Shown one piece after another: positions 10,056 through 26,279 of a DNA stretch of 64,000 bases. The translations under genes were made by a program, and so were the position numbers. Position 1 is the stretch's first letter; the number at the start of each line of letters is the position of its first letter. The notes below the pieces were generated by a model. That model made no database searches. It worked only from the letters and a program-made list of their open reading frames with translations, and was not told the origin of the DNA. This stretch comes from Macrostomum lignano (taxonomy: Eukaryota), in assembly GCA_002269645.1 (NCBI GenBank), contig NIVC01000067.1:186001-250000 (forward strand), read 5' to 3'.

Positions 10056-13000
10056 TCAATCAGTAATCAATGGGCACAGTCTGTTGATTGGCCGCGTCAG
10101 AACCTTGTCCGCCAGCTGCACTTTTACTACTCGAACATGGCCGTCTCGACCCGGGTACACCTCCAGGACTCGAGCCAGTGGCCAATGACCCCGAGGGCTG
10201 TCCGGACAGACATACAGCACGACGTCCCCAGGCTTGAGGTCGGGCTGCTCTCGCCGCCATTTGGTTCTCGCACCGAGGCCGGGCAGCCACTCTCGAAGCC
10301 ATCGCCGCCAAAACGACTGCACCAGCCGCTGCACGTAGCGCCACCGCTTGGTTGGGTTGAACACCTCGTCAGCCGAGATCTCCGGTGCCAGCTGTCCGCC
10401 AACGTGCCCGTACAGGAAGTGCGCTGGCGTCAGGACCGGATCGTCACCAGGATGGGACGACTGGTAGGTCAAAGGCCGTGAGTTCAGCAGCAACTCTGCT
10501 CCGGTAAATGCTGTTACAAGCTGCTCATCGCTGACTTCTGCCGATCTCAGGATCGCGTTTATCGCTCTCTTTGCTGATTTTATCATTGACTCATGCACGC
10601 CGCCGAAGTGCGGAGCCGCGGGCGGATTAAAGTGCCACTTGATCGGTACGTGAGATGTGCGTGACTGCAATGCGTTCTTGTCCATCGACTTGCACAGCTC
10701 CTTTAGTTCTCTATCCGCACCAACAAAATTAGTTCCATTGTCTGAGAAGATTCCAGAACTTGACCTCGGCGATTGATCATGCGAAACAACGCGTTTAGGA
10801 AGCTGCTTGCATCAAGGCCGTACGCCATTTCTAAATGAACTGCACGCGTTGCCATACAAGTGAAGAGCGCAAAGTACCGCTTCTGACGCACACGTCCCCG
10901 ACCCTGTTTCGTCAGGAATGGACCTCCGAAATCTATTGATACTTTCGTAAATGCTCTCAACGGTTCTAGCCGACTGGGAGGCAGTGGTGCCATCAACTGC
11001 GAAGCTGGCTGTGCCTTTCTTCTCCTGCACTCAGCACACTTGACTTCCCAAGCTCGGATGGCCTCTCGGGCAGCTGGGATCCAAAATCGAGCAGTCACTG
11101 CAGCAAGTACTTGATTGGTGCCCGCGTGATACGCTTTTTCGTGATGGTGCTTGATTATCAATTCTGTCACGTGATGGCACTTTGGCAAGATGATTGGTGA
11201 TCTGATACTAACCGGCAATGCTTCGGCCAACTGTAGACGACTCTCTGAGCGAAGAACGTCGCTAGGATCGAGTCTGGGATGCATTCTAGCCAGCTTGCTG
11301 CTCTCAGAAACGCTATTGTTCTTCCTCAAGGCGGAAAGCTCCGTGCTGAATGCATCTTGCTGCACATCCTTGATGATTCTTAACTCCGCGTCTTCTAGCT
11401 CCGACGCCTGCAGCTCTCCTCGAGTTCGGTACTGTGGTTCGAAGCGACAATTGTTGGAAAATCTGCTAATCCAGGCATTTACCCTCAGGAATTTCATCCA
11501 GCTGGAGAACTTGCTCGGATCAAGCCGCTCTACTTGATGCTTTCTTTGCTCGCTGGTGACCATTGTTGCAGACATGACCGTTTCGGACGGGACTGAATCT
11601 TTCGCCGAACCTTTCGTCTCCAGGTCTGCTGGTCGCTCCAACCTGGTACTTGGCCACTTGTAATCGTCATGATGTAAAAACTCTGGACCGTTTTTCCATT
11701 TCTGATCCTCGGCCAGCTGAGTTATCGTTGCGCCTCTTGACAGCAGATCGGCAGGATTGCACGCCGTTGGCACGTGTCTCCACTGGTTCGGATCAGTTGC
11801 CTGCTGGATTTCTCCGATGCGATTCGCAACGAACGGTTTAAAGAAGCGTCCTCTTCCACGAATCCAAAACAGAACGTTCATGCTGTCCGACCAGAATACC
11901 GCATCTTTGATGTTCATCTCTAGTGCCTTGGCAATCTTGACCGCTAGATTCAGCCCAATGACCGCTGCCATCAGCTCCAGCCTCGGAATGCTCATAGTTG
12001 CTATGGGTGCAACTCGAGACTTGGCAGCGATGAGCCGAACGGATATCGAGGCGTCGGTGTACTTGCATCGTAGATAACACACTGCTCCGTAGGCCTTCTC
12101 CGAAGCATCGACAAAGCAGTGAAGCTGAGACTGCGTAGGTACGCAAGAGAACTGCAGACAGCGATAAACTCGAAAGCAGTTCAGCTTCGTCAGGTCAGCA
12201 CACCATGCTTGAATCCTCCTTTGCAGAGCCTCGTCCGGCGCTTCATCCCAATCAAGGCCGCTGCACCAGAGCTCCTGCAGTAGTATCTTTGCCTGCGCGG
12301 TGAAAGGTGCTATCAATCCGAGAGGATCGTACATTGAAGCCAATCTCTTTAGCAGATCCCTCTTTGACTTGACTGGTCTCAGCTCGCTATCAGCAACAAA
12401 GGTGAATTCATCGTCCTCACTTTTCCAGACTACTCCAAGCGTCTTCGAAACTGGCAACGGCTGACCATCCAGGCTCACCTCCGCGACTCTATCCTCTGGT
12501 GCTACACACGCAAGCAATGCTCTCGAGTTTGAAATCCACTTCCTAGCGTGCATACCAGCTCGCTCCCACAATTGGCTCAGCTCCTGATACAACTGAATAG
12601 CCTATGAATCAGTCTTCTTCGAATCCAGGCAGTCATCCATGTAAGTTGACTGGAGCACTGTTTCTGCGGCCGATGGAAACTCCTGCTTCAGCTTCTTTGC
12701 GTGCTCCTGAGTCACGAATTGCGCCAGAAATGGTGAGCTCGTTGCTCCAAAAACCACTCGGTTGAACTCGAATGTCTGTGGTACCTTTGTCGGATCCATG
12801 TCCCGCCACAGAAAGCTGTGCGCTGCCCGATCTTCTGGTGCGATCGCGATTTGCAAGTACATTTCAGAAATGTCGCAAGCAACCGCCACTGGATGCCTCC
12901 TGAAGCGCAGGAGCACATCAACCAGATCTTTCTGAAGCTTCGGTCCTGCCAGCATCAGGCTATTCAACGACTCCTCACCGCCAGCTGAAGCATCAAAGAC

Positions 13001-15589
13001 GATGCGCACCTTGGTAGTTGCCTTATCCATTCGAACCACTGGGAAATGAGGAAGGTGATACCTGTTCGCTGGTTGTTGCTCATGCTCCGGTACTCTTCTG
13101 ATGTAGCCAACATTTTCGTAGCGACTGATGACGTCCTGATACTGCTTTGCTAGATCCGGATCTTTGCGGAGCCTAATCTCGGTATTTGCAAGCCGCCTGA
13201 TAGCCATTTCAAAGTTGCTATCTTTAAACGTGACATCCGGTTTCCACGGAATGCCAACTTGGTATCGCCCATCGAAGAACTTTAGCGATGATCGAGTTCT
13301 TTCCAAAGCGAGCTGCTCTGCATTAGTAAATGAAGATGGTTCGATGCTTCTCACCTCTTCTACTTCCCAAAACTGGCGTAACAGTGGCGCTAGATTCTCA
13401 GACCCGCCTCGGCTGAAGAAAGTGTTTGCAAACAACGCGTGCTCCGAAGCTCCATCAACTCTACCGATACAAGTCCAACCTAAAGGTGTCAGCCGTGCTT
13501 GCGGATCTCCTGGGTTGCCGGTCACTTCCAACCGTGATGCATGCAAGTCTGGATGATCGACTCCGATCAGCAAGTCAACCTCCGCTGGCGTTTGCATTCT
13601 TGGAAACGGAATGTTTGCTAAGTGCGACCATTTCGACGCCAATTCTTGCCAATCTACTACTTCCATGTTCCCTGTCACTCTATCTACCGTCAGCGCAGTA
13701 ATCTCCTTGCTTATTTGGCCGTCAGTACTCTCCAAGGTGCATGACACTGGTGCTGTTATGAAGGTTTCCACCTGTCCGTTCAACACGTTTACCTGCATTG
13801 ATTCCTGTTTTCCGTGCAGGCCAAGCTTGGATGCTATCGCCGTATTCAAATAGGTCTTTGTGCTGGCGTCATCAAGTAAGGCATTGACCTTCACCGCTCG
13901 CCTATTCGCCTTAAGAATGACCGGAACCGTTCGAAGTGAAACCGCACTGGCTTCTCTAGCGACCATTGTCACGGTTGCAGCTTTCGGCTTCGACTGCATT
14001 TCTTGCTCAGCACCGACTTTGACTTCTGACTTCTCTTTCGATTCCGACCTTGCTGTCGAATGCAGCAGACGATGGTGGGATTTGGTGCATCCATCAACGC
14101 CGCACTTTCGACCTCGTCGGCAGTTCATACCGTTGTGACCATGGCCAAGACAGCGGAAACAGGCTTTGGCTTCCTGAGCAGCCTTCCATCTGTTCTCAGA
14201 CGACAGTTTCCCGAATGCGGGACACTTCCATAGATCGTGCGCCTCCTTGCAGACTACACAGGAGTAGCTCCCCTTGCTTGAGCTCTTGCTTAGCTGTGCT
14301 ACATGGAAGGCCTTCTGCTTGCTGTCCTTTCTTGGTTGCTCCTGACTCGATGCGGCCACCCCGTACACAATTTCTGCTGCCTCAGTCCGGAACTCTGCCT
14401 CACGCAAAACCCACTCTCGAAGGGTCCTAACGCCTTCTGCTTTCGCCTTCTCGAAGATCCATCGTCGAAATGCTGCGACCATCGGCTCTGGTAACTTTTT
14501 TTGCAATCTAGCATAAAGCAGTCCATCACTAAGTTCGGAGTTCTTACCAGCTTCTTCCAAATTAATTACAGCCACATCGAGGATGTTCGCGAATTTCTTC
14601 AGCTCCTCGGCACTATTCTGCTTCACGGGTGGAAAACTATCTAGCTCTTCCAAGTAGTGCGCCAACTGTCGTCGCTTGCCGCCGTACTCACGCTCCAATC
14701 TCTCCTTGGCCGCCTGATAGGCAGCAGCCGAATGACCCAAGTGCTCTATTACCTTCAGCGCTGATCCACGCAAATACTGACGCAACTGCAGCAGTTTGAA
14801 CTCTGGTGTTGCTGGAGCCCTATCGATGCAAGCCATGAAGGCAGCCTTCCACGCTTCATACTGTTGCTTGTCGCCATAGAATGTTGGAATCTCCACTCTG
14901 CGCAACATCTTCCAGAGATCCTTCGACAGCTCTTGCTCCGAAGAGTTGCCGAGCCTGCATTCGTCTACTGATTCAGAAGAGCTTGTTCGATCCTCCGCTC
15001 TCATCTCGAAACCCGCATGCTGATTTGAAGAAGGCAGGTAGCCAAACTCACCTAGGTCTCTGTAGGGCCTCTGCTGTCTCTGTCCTCGCATGAAGTCCGG
15101 CTCTGCAACACTGAATCCGATTTGCCGATCTAGATTGACTGCACCCAGCGATTGGGCTGTCGCTGCCGCCGACTCTGCCGCCGGCTCTGCTGCCGACGCT
15201 GCCGCTGTCTCCTGAGGAACTTGTGCCGCTGCAGATGGTGACTGCTGAGTTGCTAGGAAACGCTGGACCTCTCGCATGCTGACGCGGTAGTCCTCCTCGA
15301 CGGTTTCTATTTCATCGAGCAGCCGAGAGTGCTGTGCTGCGTCGCTGTTGTTTCGTTGCAACTCGTCGCTCAACTCATACAGCGCCTCGATTGTTCCCTC
15401 GAAGATCTCGGTTACGGCTTCGCATTGGTGCTGAATTTCGCTCTTGTCAGAACCGTCTTGTAATAGCCAGGCCAGTTTATTTCGATTCTTGGTCAGCGCA
15501 GACTTGAACTTGGTCTTTTGTCGCCTCAGAGCATTCAGCGAAGCAACATCGGGCTCTGGCGCTTGCTTCTGTTTTTCGTCGTCGCTCAT
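10056..15589 (-). pseudogene. BEL/Pao gag-pol polyprotein with one in-frame stop and one frameshift
   Basis: Gag with knuckles CVVCKEAHDLWKC, CFRCLGHGHNGMNC and CGVDGCTKSHHRLLH. Protease LLDDASTKTY. RT (PHFPVV, RIVFDAS, YMDD). RNase H FVDASEKAYG. Integrase HHCC followed by IDFGGPF, SDNG and HESMIK. A TAG at 12604-12602 lies in frame between the 995-aa and 629-aa ORFs. One base is missing at about 10751, just before SDNG. Confidence 0.93.
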
Positions 15590-15633
15590 ACTGATCTAAC
15601 AGACTATTGGACACGATGTACTGTGGCTTGAGT

Positions 15634-15651
15634 AACCACGCTCTGCTACCA
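15634..15651 (-). other. Primer-binding site complementary to initiator tRNA-Met
   Basis: TGGTAGCAGAGCGTGGTT begins 2 nt after the 5' LTR. It pairs with the ...CTCTGCTACCA 3' end typical of eukaryotic tRNA-iMet. Confidence 0.85.
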
Positions 15652-15653
15652 AA

Positions 15654-15959
15654 TGGTTGCTAGAATAACTCGAGATGAAAGACAAACTATATGCTGCGCT
15701 ATTGAAACGATGAAAAACGAAAAGGGGCTCTTGAGCGAGATGCTCTGGGTCGATATATTTAATGAGCTGAGTGAAAGCGTACAATACACGTGAGCGTAAT
15801 GTGGGGTGGGGCGATCAGTGAAGAATGAAAGTGGTGCGATCAATAATTAGGGACTGTACGTATGAGCAAAATAAATATGTTAGCCTAATTGAACGTACAT
15901 GTAGCTATTGCAAACGAAAAGTTTAAGAAATACCACGAGACAGTGGCAGCTCCAGAACA
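15654..15959 (-). repeat. 5' LTR of the BEL/Pao element
   Basis: Direct repeat of 9130-9435, adjacent to the PBS. Confidence 0.95.
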
Positions 15960-17739
15960 ATGATTATAAAGCACGTTTTTATTCATAGATCTTTGCACAG
16001 CACGAAGCATGGGCCAGTCGCAAATTGTGCCGTGCAAAGTAAGGTTCTGTAGCGTATTCTAATTTAGTAAGGCTTACTATCGGATTTTGAAATGGGGCGT
16101 CGTACTGTATCTATCGGTTTTGTCATAGACTAAAGCTTGGAACCAATGAAAATGTCCCTGGTTTCGTTCGCATATATTGAGTATGTGGTAGATGGTGAGG
16201 CAAAAATAATCTAAGCGGACGCACAATTCAAAGAATTGAAACAAATTAAGAGGTCTGCCTAATATAGTATTGAGCAAAAATATTATTTACCTAATTTAGA
16301 ACACACTCCATGATAGGCCACAGCAAGAGTCACTAAAAGTTAATCTTCTTACCCTAACTTCTAGCCAACAGGCTCGCGCACAGTCTGCCTTACACAAAGC
16401 GCGTCACAATATCCACATGTCTTTTTATTCTCAATCTAGTCTCACCCTCTTATCAACTATATGCATTGACTATAACTACATGTTAACTTACTACACTGCT
16501 TCTCACACACACGTAGACAATGCACCAGTGCTTTATTATATTTGTAGCCTGATGCATCAAAATATCAAATGCATTAACACATAGCAATCCTAAAGTTTAA
16601 TCCTGCAGTCAATTTAACTTTTTACGCTTTTCCGAAGTACTAACAACTTAATTTGAGTTTAACAGCTTGTGATCACACGGACAATGCTCGTAAATCGCGA
16701 AAATCTCACTGGAGGCTGGTTCTCGATGAAAAATGCATTGTCGAGAAGGGGATTTGCTTTCAGGTTTTTTAGCATCGAATTGACAATATCTCACACTCTG
16801 CACTTGAGACCTGCAAATTTCGCAAATATGCGCTTGGTCCAAGGTTGATCCACAGGTTGATATAGATTTAATTTAGAAAAAAAGTTATTTAAGAACGACA
16901 AAAATGCAAGATGCTGTTGTGCTCTGTAAACGGATTGCTCACAGATATCTGTCTTGCACATCGTGAAATGTGGTTCTACTATAGACATGTCGGTCGAAAA
17001 AATCCACCCAGAAAGAATACATTACAGAGATTTGGAAGAACATAAATTTGCCTTGAACTTTGCTCAATACCCAGTCTCCGGTAGCATTTGTCTACTGGCA
17101 GCTAGGAGGGTTGCTGAGTCGTCGACGAGAAGCAGACACGTTAGTCAAGTCTTCTCAAAATTTTTGGCTCTAAAGAAAGTACAATTTAACATTTTAGATC
17201 GAATATTTCGACTCTTAATGTTGCCAATCTGCGTGGTCAAATCATCGTTTTTTAAGAGTTTTTCCCTCAGGGCAGTCTTTGATTCCTTAGAGCTATAAGA
17301 CTTCAACTGCTTTAATAACGATAAAAATCCGAAATCTTTCTTGAATTCTACTGTAGAAAAATCTTCCGCTTTCAAAAGAGATCGAGAATCAATTTTGAAG
17401 AATTATTCGACATAAATGAAGCAAGGTAAGTCGAGAAGTTAGCTTTAGATGACATTTGACTTTAGCATGGCACAAAATGTTATCGACCGATTTCCTAAGA
17501 AACCAGCCTTTCCTTACGCGTGACTTCATATCCGTTAGGTCGATAGTACTAATGCCAGCCATGTCAGCTAAAGTAGAAGGACCTTACACCAGATTTTCTT
17601 AGAAATGAACTCAAGGCCTGTAAGAATATTTGTTGCATATTTGAATATTTCTATGAAAGAGCGGGAGAAAGTGGGGGTGTGGGGCGAAGCTCCCGCCACA
17701 TTTCAACCCATGGAATTTTGGTACCGGGCAGTGAAAAAA

Positions 17740-18135
17740 CCATCGATGAAGGAATAGAAAGGATCGCTCATCTGAAAGCGAGTCTATGGCCAAAACCTCC
17801 TAAAAATTGGGATATCCCCCCGATAAATTTCATTGGCTGATGGAATTTAATAATAGTCGCCCTCTAAGTTCTTAATGGCTAAAGCTTGTACGCGAGGGAA
17901 ATTCCAAAGTCACGATTAACGTTAGACATCTTTAACTTCCTCTGGGCCACGACGGCTTAAGGGAAAGAAATTAGCATTTCCCCCGCGTACAAGCTTCAGC
18001 CATTAAGAACTTAGGGGGAACTATTATTAAATTCCAGCAGCCAATGAAATTTATGGGGGATATCCCAATTCTTAGGAGGTTTTGGCCATAGACTCGCTTT
18101 CAGATGAGCGATCCTTTCTATTCCTTCATCCATGG
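17740..18135. mobile_element. Foldback/MITE-like element with ~160-bp inverted arms
   Basis: 17740-17902 is the near-perfect reverse complement of 17976-18135, with a spacer of about 73 bp. Termini are CCAT...ATGG, flanked by A-runs; there is no coding capacity. Confidence 0.75.
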
Positions 18136-19631
18136 AAAAAAAGCTTCTGCCCACCCTAGCAGGTCGGATGGGAATAGCTATTACCATAGACCTTCTTCGC
18201 ATCTCTCAGATTGACCTCAAAATGTCTATGCTATTAGTTTTTCAAGTTATTCGAATATGTTTGTAATGATAATTCTCTCTAACTTATATACGAGGGGTGT
18301 CCCAAAACCCAGTTCGATCGGAACTACCATGGTGTTCAGTTGCCGTGGAATTACCTTGGTTCGACCGGGCTTCAAAACCTGCTGCCACGCAATCTAAGAT
18401 TCTAGGTCTTAGTACATATTCCTGTGTGTGCAATGGCACGTGCTCCGGGGTCGCTTTGTATTGAGCCTTCATCCTGTCGCCTCCCTGCTACTAACCGACC
18501 TTTTTTACATTATTAGCTAGATTTTTTGTGCTTTGCTTAAAATGCTTTAAAAGCAGCAACAATGATTCTGAAGGTATTCATATTTGATGAACACTGGAAG
18601 CATGAAGCCCTCGCTAGGTCCATAAAGCTCCCCGGAAACTGAGTGGAATTTTCTGCTATAAGTTTTTGTTTAGGAGAAGTTCTTCCAACGTCTACCAAGT
18701 CACAAGAGCTACAAGCATCGAGAGACATGCTAAGTATAGGGAGTATCTTTGTTCGTTGTGCTGTTCGATTTTTATACTAACTCAAGCGGCAGACTACCGT
18801 ACAATCTGCGTTGCAATACTCGTATTTACTCGCTATAATGATCGAGAATGAAAACTTTTACCCATTGAGCAGACACTGTCCACTCCAGGGTGGCGTCTCG
18901 CCTACTCAAGGGCAACCAAGATGGATGCAACAATTTTTTTGAATCCAAGCAGGGATGCAAGAATACAGGTAAAAACACAAAGAAAAGTGCATTCGTAGAG
19001 AAAGGGAAGCAGAACAGGATTTAGAGACGTGGGTGAGTTGAAGACAGCAATGAAATGAAGGCTCAGTCCGATTGGCTTGAAATCACACAATAGAAGTGGC
19101 TGGATCACGGTTCGCTTGAATCAAGCGATAGTCCATCAAGTCCTCAATCTTTATAGAACAGCAAGCAGTTAGAATGTTAGAATTACATTTCTTCAAATTT
19201 TCACTTAAATTAAGTGCTTGACAAGAGACGTCGAACAAATTTTCATTTGACTGTTTCAATCAATACTCGTCCAAGCTTAGACAAACTGAATGCGGCTTCT
19301 CTTGCATGACATCTCTAACAAAGCTCCCTATGGCAAACTGAGCTTCGCCAAACGCATCGCGTTACAAAATGAAAACTGAAACTATTAAATACTGAGTGAA
19401 GAATGCTCGGCCTTAAACAAAAATTTCATTCTCGTGCTCCCTGCAAAATGAACTGAAAAGCTTCACTGAGTAAAGTTCATCGATCTGCAAGTTTGAAGGG
19501 AGAAATTTAACCCAAAGAAAAAATCAAAGCACATTGAAGAAAATTCATAGAGAAAGTTGTTGTTCGGTTGCTAAGATGCTAAATCTTCTTAATCAATTTT
19601 TCAATTACAAAAAAAGATCACAGCAGAGTGG

Positions 19632-19638
19632 TATAAAG
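19632..19638 (+). promoter_or_regulatory. Putative TATA box of iGluR copy C
   Basis: TATAAAG about 75 nt upstream of the ATG at 19708, similar to the spacing in copy A. Confidence 0.4.
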
Positions 19639-19707
19639 GAGTGCCGAATGCGGACGCAACTGCAAGAAAAAACAACAAAAACTCTTTCATCCCTATTTGA
19701 AACCGAC

Positions 19708-23642
<3,935 letters not shown>

Positions 23643-23936
23643 ACACCGGCTGGCGAACTGTCTCACAGGCTGACGCAACTAAGTGTTATTAATTTGCTAA
23701 GCACACGCATATTGTACCAGCAGTAGAGATTTTTTAGCAAGTCCTTTCTGTCAGCAACTAAGCCTCAGTCCTCAGCTAGTAGCCACCATGTATTTTATTG
23801 CCAGCTTTAAATTTTAAAGTTAAAGTTAAAGTTAAATTTTAAAGCCACCACCTAGTAGCCACAAGTCGCTGTCCAGGAGTACGGCAATATTATTAATTTG
23901 CACGATTTTCGTTTTAAACACTTTCACTACCGGTCC

Positions 23937-24047
23937 TGTGAGGGGTTGTAGCCTAGTGGTTAGAGCGCCGGACTCACGACTTGAAGGTCGGGGTTCGGTT
24001 GCACATCTGCCCATTGGACAGGTGTAATCTATTATTATATTATTATT
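23937..24047 (+). mobile_element. Short tRNA-derived SINE with an 11-bp TSD
   Basis: A-box-like TAGCCTAGTGGTTA, degenerate B-box GGTTCGGTT, (TAT)n tail, flanked by ACTACCGGTCC at 23926-23936 and 24048-24058. Confidence 0.8.
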
Positions 24048-25741
24048 ACTACCGGTCCATATACACTGCTGGGAGGCGAGGGTCGCCCATTCCACTACTT
24101 TCCCACACACATTGACACATTGATGAGTTGAATCAATCTAAAGCGAAATTCACAATGCTTACTTGAAATCCAGCACGCAATCTTCACCTAAATAAAAACT
24201 TGCTATTGCAAAGAGTGACCTGTAGTTTAGAACCTGCACTGTGAGTTAAAAACGTTATACTTTGTTTTTATTGAGCAAAATTACTAAAGCTGTTACAGAA
24301 ATCTGCGAAAGGATATTGAACCTGCAACGGGTCTAAGACTAATTGACTGTCGACAAATTAGATTAGAAGGCTTAGAGTTTAGGTTGATTAATTATGGTGA
24401 ATTATGGTTTAGGCCTTGTAGCCAGAGGTGGAAATGATTTGGGACCCGTTAGTGAAGCAGTGGATTTTCATGGGGTTTCCAGTTGTAGATTGAGTCTCGC
24501 TCAAAGATAGCTCGAAAAGGGCGGCCTTGCGCCCTGTTAGGAGATCGTCAAGAATCCCTTTCTCCTCTAGGGCACTGTTTTAAATGAAACCGGCAAAGGA
24601 AATGGCCGGTCTAACAATGGAAGTGTAAATCCACCAAAGGCGGAGGCGTGTGGTAACTTGGCCTGTGTGCGTGCCGGGGGTGGGTGCTGGGTTGAGTTGC
24701 ATTGAGTTCCCTCTCTCCCTCTCTGAATGTACTTTGCTAGCGCGGGGTGGGGTTTAAGGGGAGTCGGGGCGATTGACAATACTGTACATGCATGGTTTCG
24801 GTATAAAGCAGGCTTTTTAGGCTGCAGTGTCGTTGTGCGTTTGTCTTGCTAAATTTCTGACTTCACATTATTTCATCCCGGCTTCGAGATGGTCTCATAT
24901 TGAACCGCGACGCTATTTGCCGGTAGGTCCGGGATTGTTTGTCAGCAGTCCTGGCTACGCCCCTCCTGATGCCACGAGTATAGTGACGGCATTTCCATGC
25001 TCGTTGGTTTCTTCACAAGTTGCCGATCAATTAGCAAAATTTACGTAGCCTAAACACATTTCCAGGAGTGTTGCGAATACTGTCACAGCGCCTTTGGTGA
25101 AATCGTCCCACCTATTGGTGATTTCGCGGACTCTGAGCACATGCAAGCACATACTGCACAAGGACAACTTAAGTAGGACAAGGTCTTTTCATTATTTTAA
25201 ACGTTTTTTAAGTGACAGACCAATTTAACATGAAAAATCGATTAATGCGTCGTTAGAGCAGCATGTGAGGCACAAAATAGTGTGATTAGGACTTTCTCTT
25301 ACACTGTTAAGAGACCCAATCACTATTTTAGTGTTGAAAATCGTGAAATTTCCTATCTCCGTGGTGTATTTTTCCGGTGAAACCTGCCTTTAAAACTATT
25401 TCGGACCGAAAAGCTTTATGAATATCGATAGAGAAATAAGAAAGGCACAAAATATCAAAAGATGAACACTGGATCTGCCTCCTATCAAAAGCAATAACAA
25501 TTTTTGTGCTGAAAAAATTAAAACCTCCTATCTCTGTAGTGTATTTTTCGGCGACAAGTTGCCTTCAAAACATTTACCATAGATTTCGAGTGATTTGATA
25601 GATTTGATACTACACCTGCTCATACACACGCCCTGACTTTCTAACCGTCGCATGTACACTATCTGCGCCCTGGCGTTGGCCCTCATGGGTGTGAATCTCA
25701 GGGAAACCCCCTGACCAATTTTTCATGCAAACAAGCCTCAC

Positions 25742-26279
25742 GGATTCGAACCAGGGGTCGCAGCGCGAGAGCCAGGAGCTACCACAGATGCTAAAATAAC
25801 TACATGTAGATGGGCCACTCAGGCATATATACTTAGCGAAACTGCTTTCTACTTCCAGTTCAGTAGCAAAGAAGAATACATAAGCTATTTTATAAAAATA
25901 AAGTCAGCTGAAAGGACTTTAATAAGTTTAGAAGCCCAAGCTTGCAGGCGTAAACAACTTGCTAATTGGTTCAGCAATAATGTACATTAGCCAGTCCACT
26001 GAAATGTACATGGCAGCTTTTGGCTGGAATTCCGAGAAAGGCAATAAAAATTGAGGCGGGGCGTCCCGGGGTAGTGTGAAAAGGCGCAGTTGGATTGTTT
26101 TAGCTGGGGGCTAAGAGCCAATAAATTAAGCCTTGGCTTTAAAAAATACAATAAAATGCTTCTGTTTAACTTACTACTGAACTGAAAGTAGCTTACACGC
26201 AAATGTGCTGAGTGGGGAGTGACCCATCTAGTTGTTCTATCCGTGGGAGCTACTTAATGACCTTTAATCATTTTGCCAC
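25742..26279 (-). mobile_element. Degenerate tRNA-like SINE head split by a MITE insertion
   Basis: Perfect B-box GGTTCGAATCC on the minus strand (25752-25742) and A-box-like GTGGCAAAATGATTAAAG (about 26279-26262). They become contiguous once 25783-26245 and one TSD copy are removed. Confidence 0.4.
25783..26245 (+). mobile_element. MITE copy 1 (CACAG...CCGTG termini, 8-bp TSD GGAGCTAC)
   Basis: Imperfect ~35-bp terminal inverted repeats (TIRs) containing AACTAGATGGG; TSD at 25775-25782 and 26246-26253; internal sequence homologous to 26821-27465 in reverse orientation. Confidence 0.85.

Larger units (their letters stand above)
9130..15959 (-). mobile_element. Full-length BEL/Pao (Belpaoviridae) LTR retrotransposon
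   Basis: Two 306-bp LTRs with TG...CA ends, 5-bp TSD ATGAT (9125-9129 and 15960-15964), PBS and polypurine tract. The single gag-pol has the BEL/Pao order Gag-PR-RT-RH-IN, with triple Cys/His knuckles and a WPLARVLEVYPGRDG C-terminus. Confidence 0.97.

Noticed and set aside
10740-12604. Programmed readthrough or frameshift in the BEL/Pao pol
   Set aside because: The breaks fall inside the RT and integrase cores rather than at a gag/pol boundary, no slippery heptamer is present, and BEL/Pao elements normally have one ORF.
18289-18307. TACGAGGGGTGTCCCAAAA resembling a mariner TIR
   Set aside because: No matching inverted end or transposase fragment found in the window.
23940-24000. Functional tRNA gene
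   Set aside because: The B-box and acceptor stem are degenerate, and the TSD and simple-repeat tail indicate a retroposed SINE.
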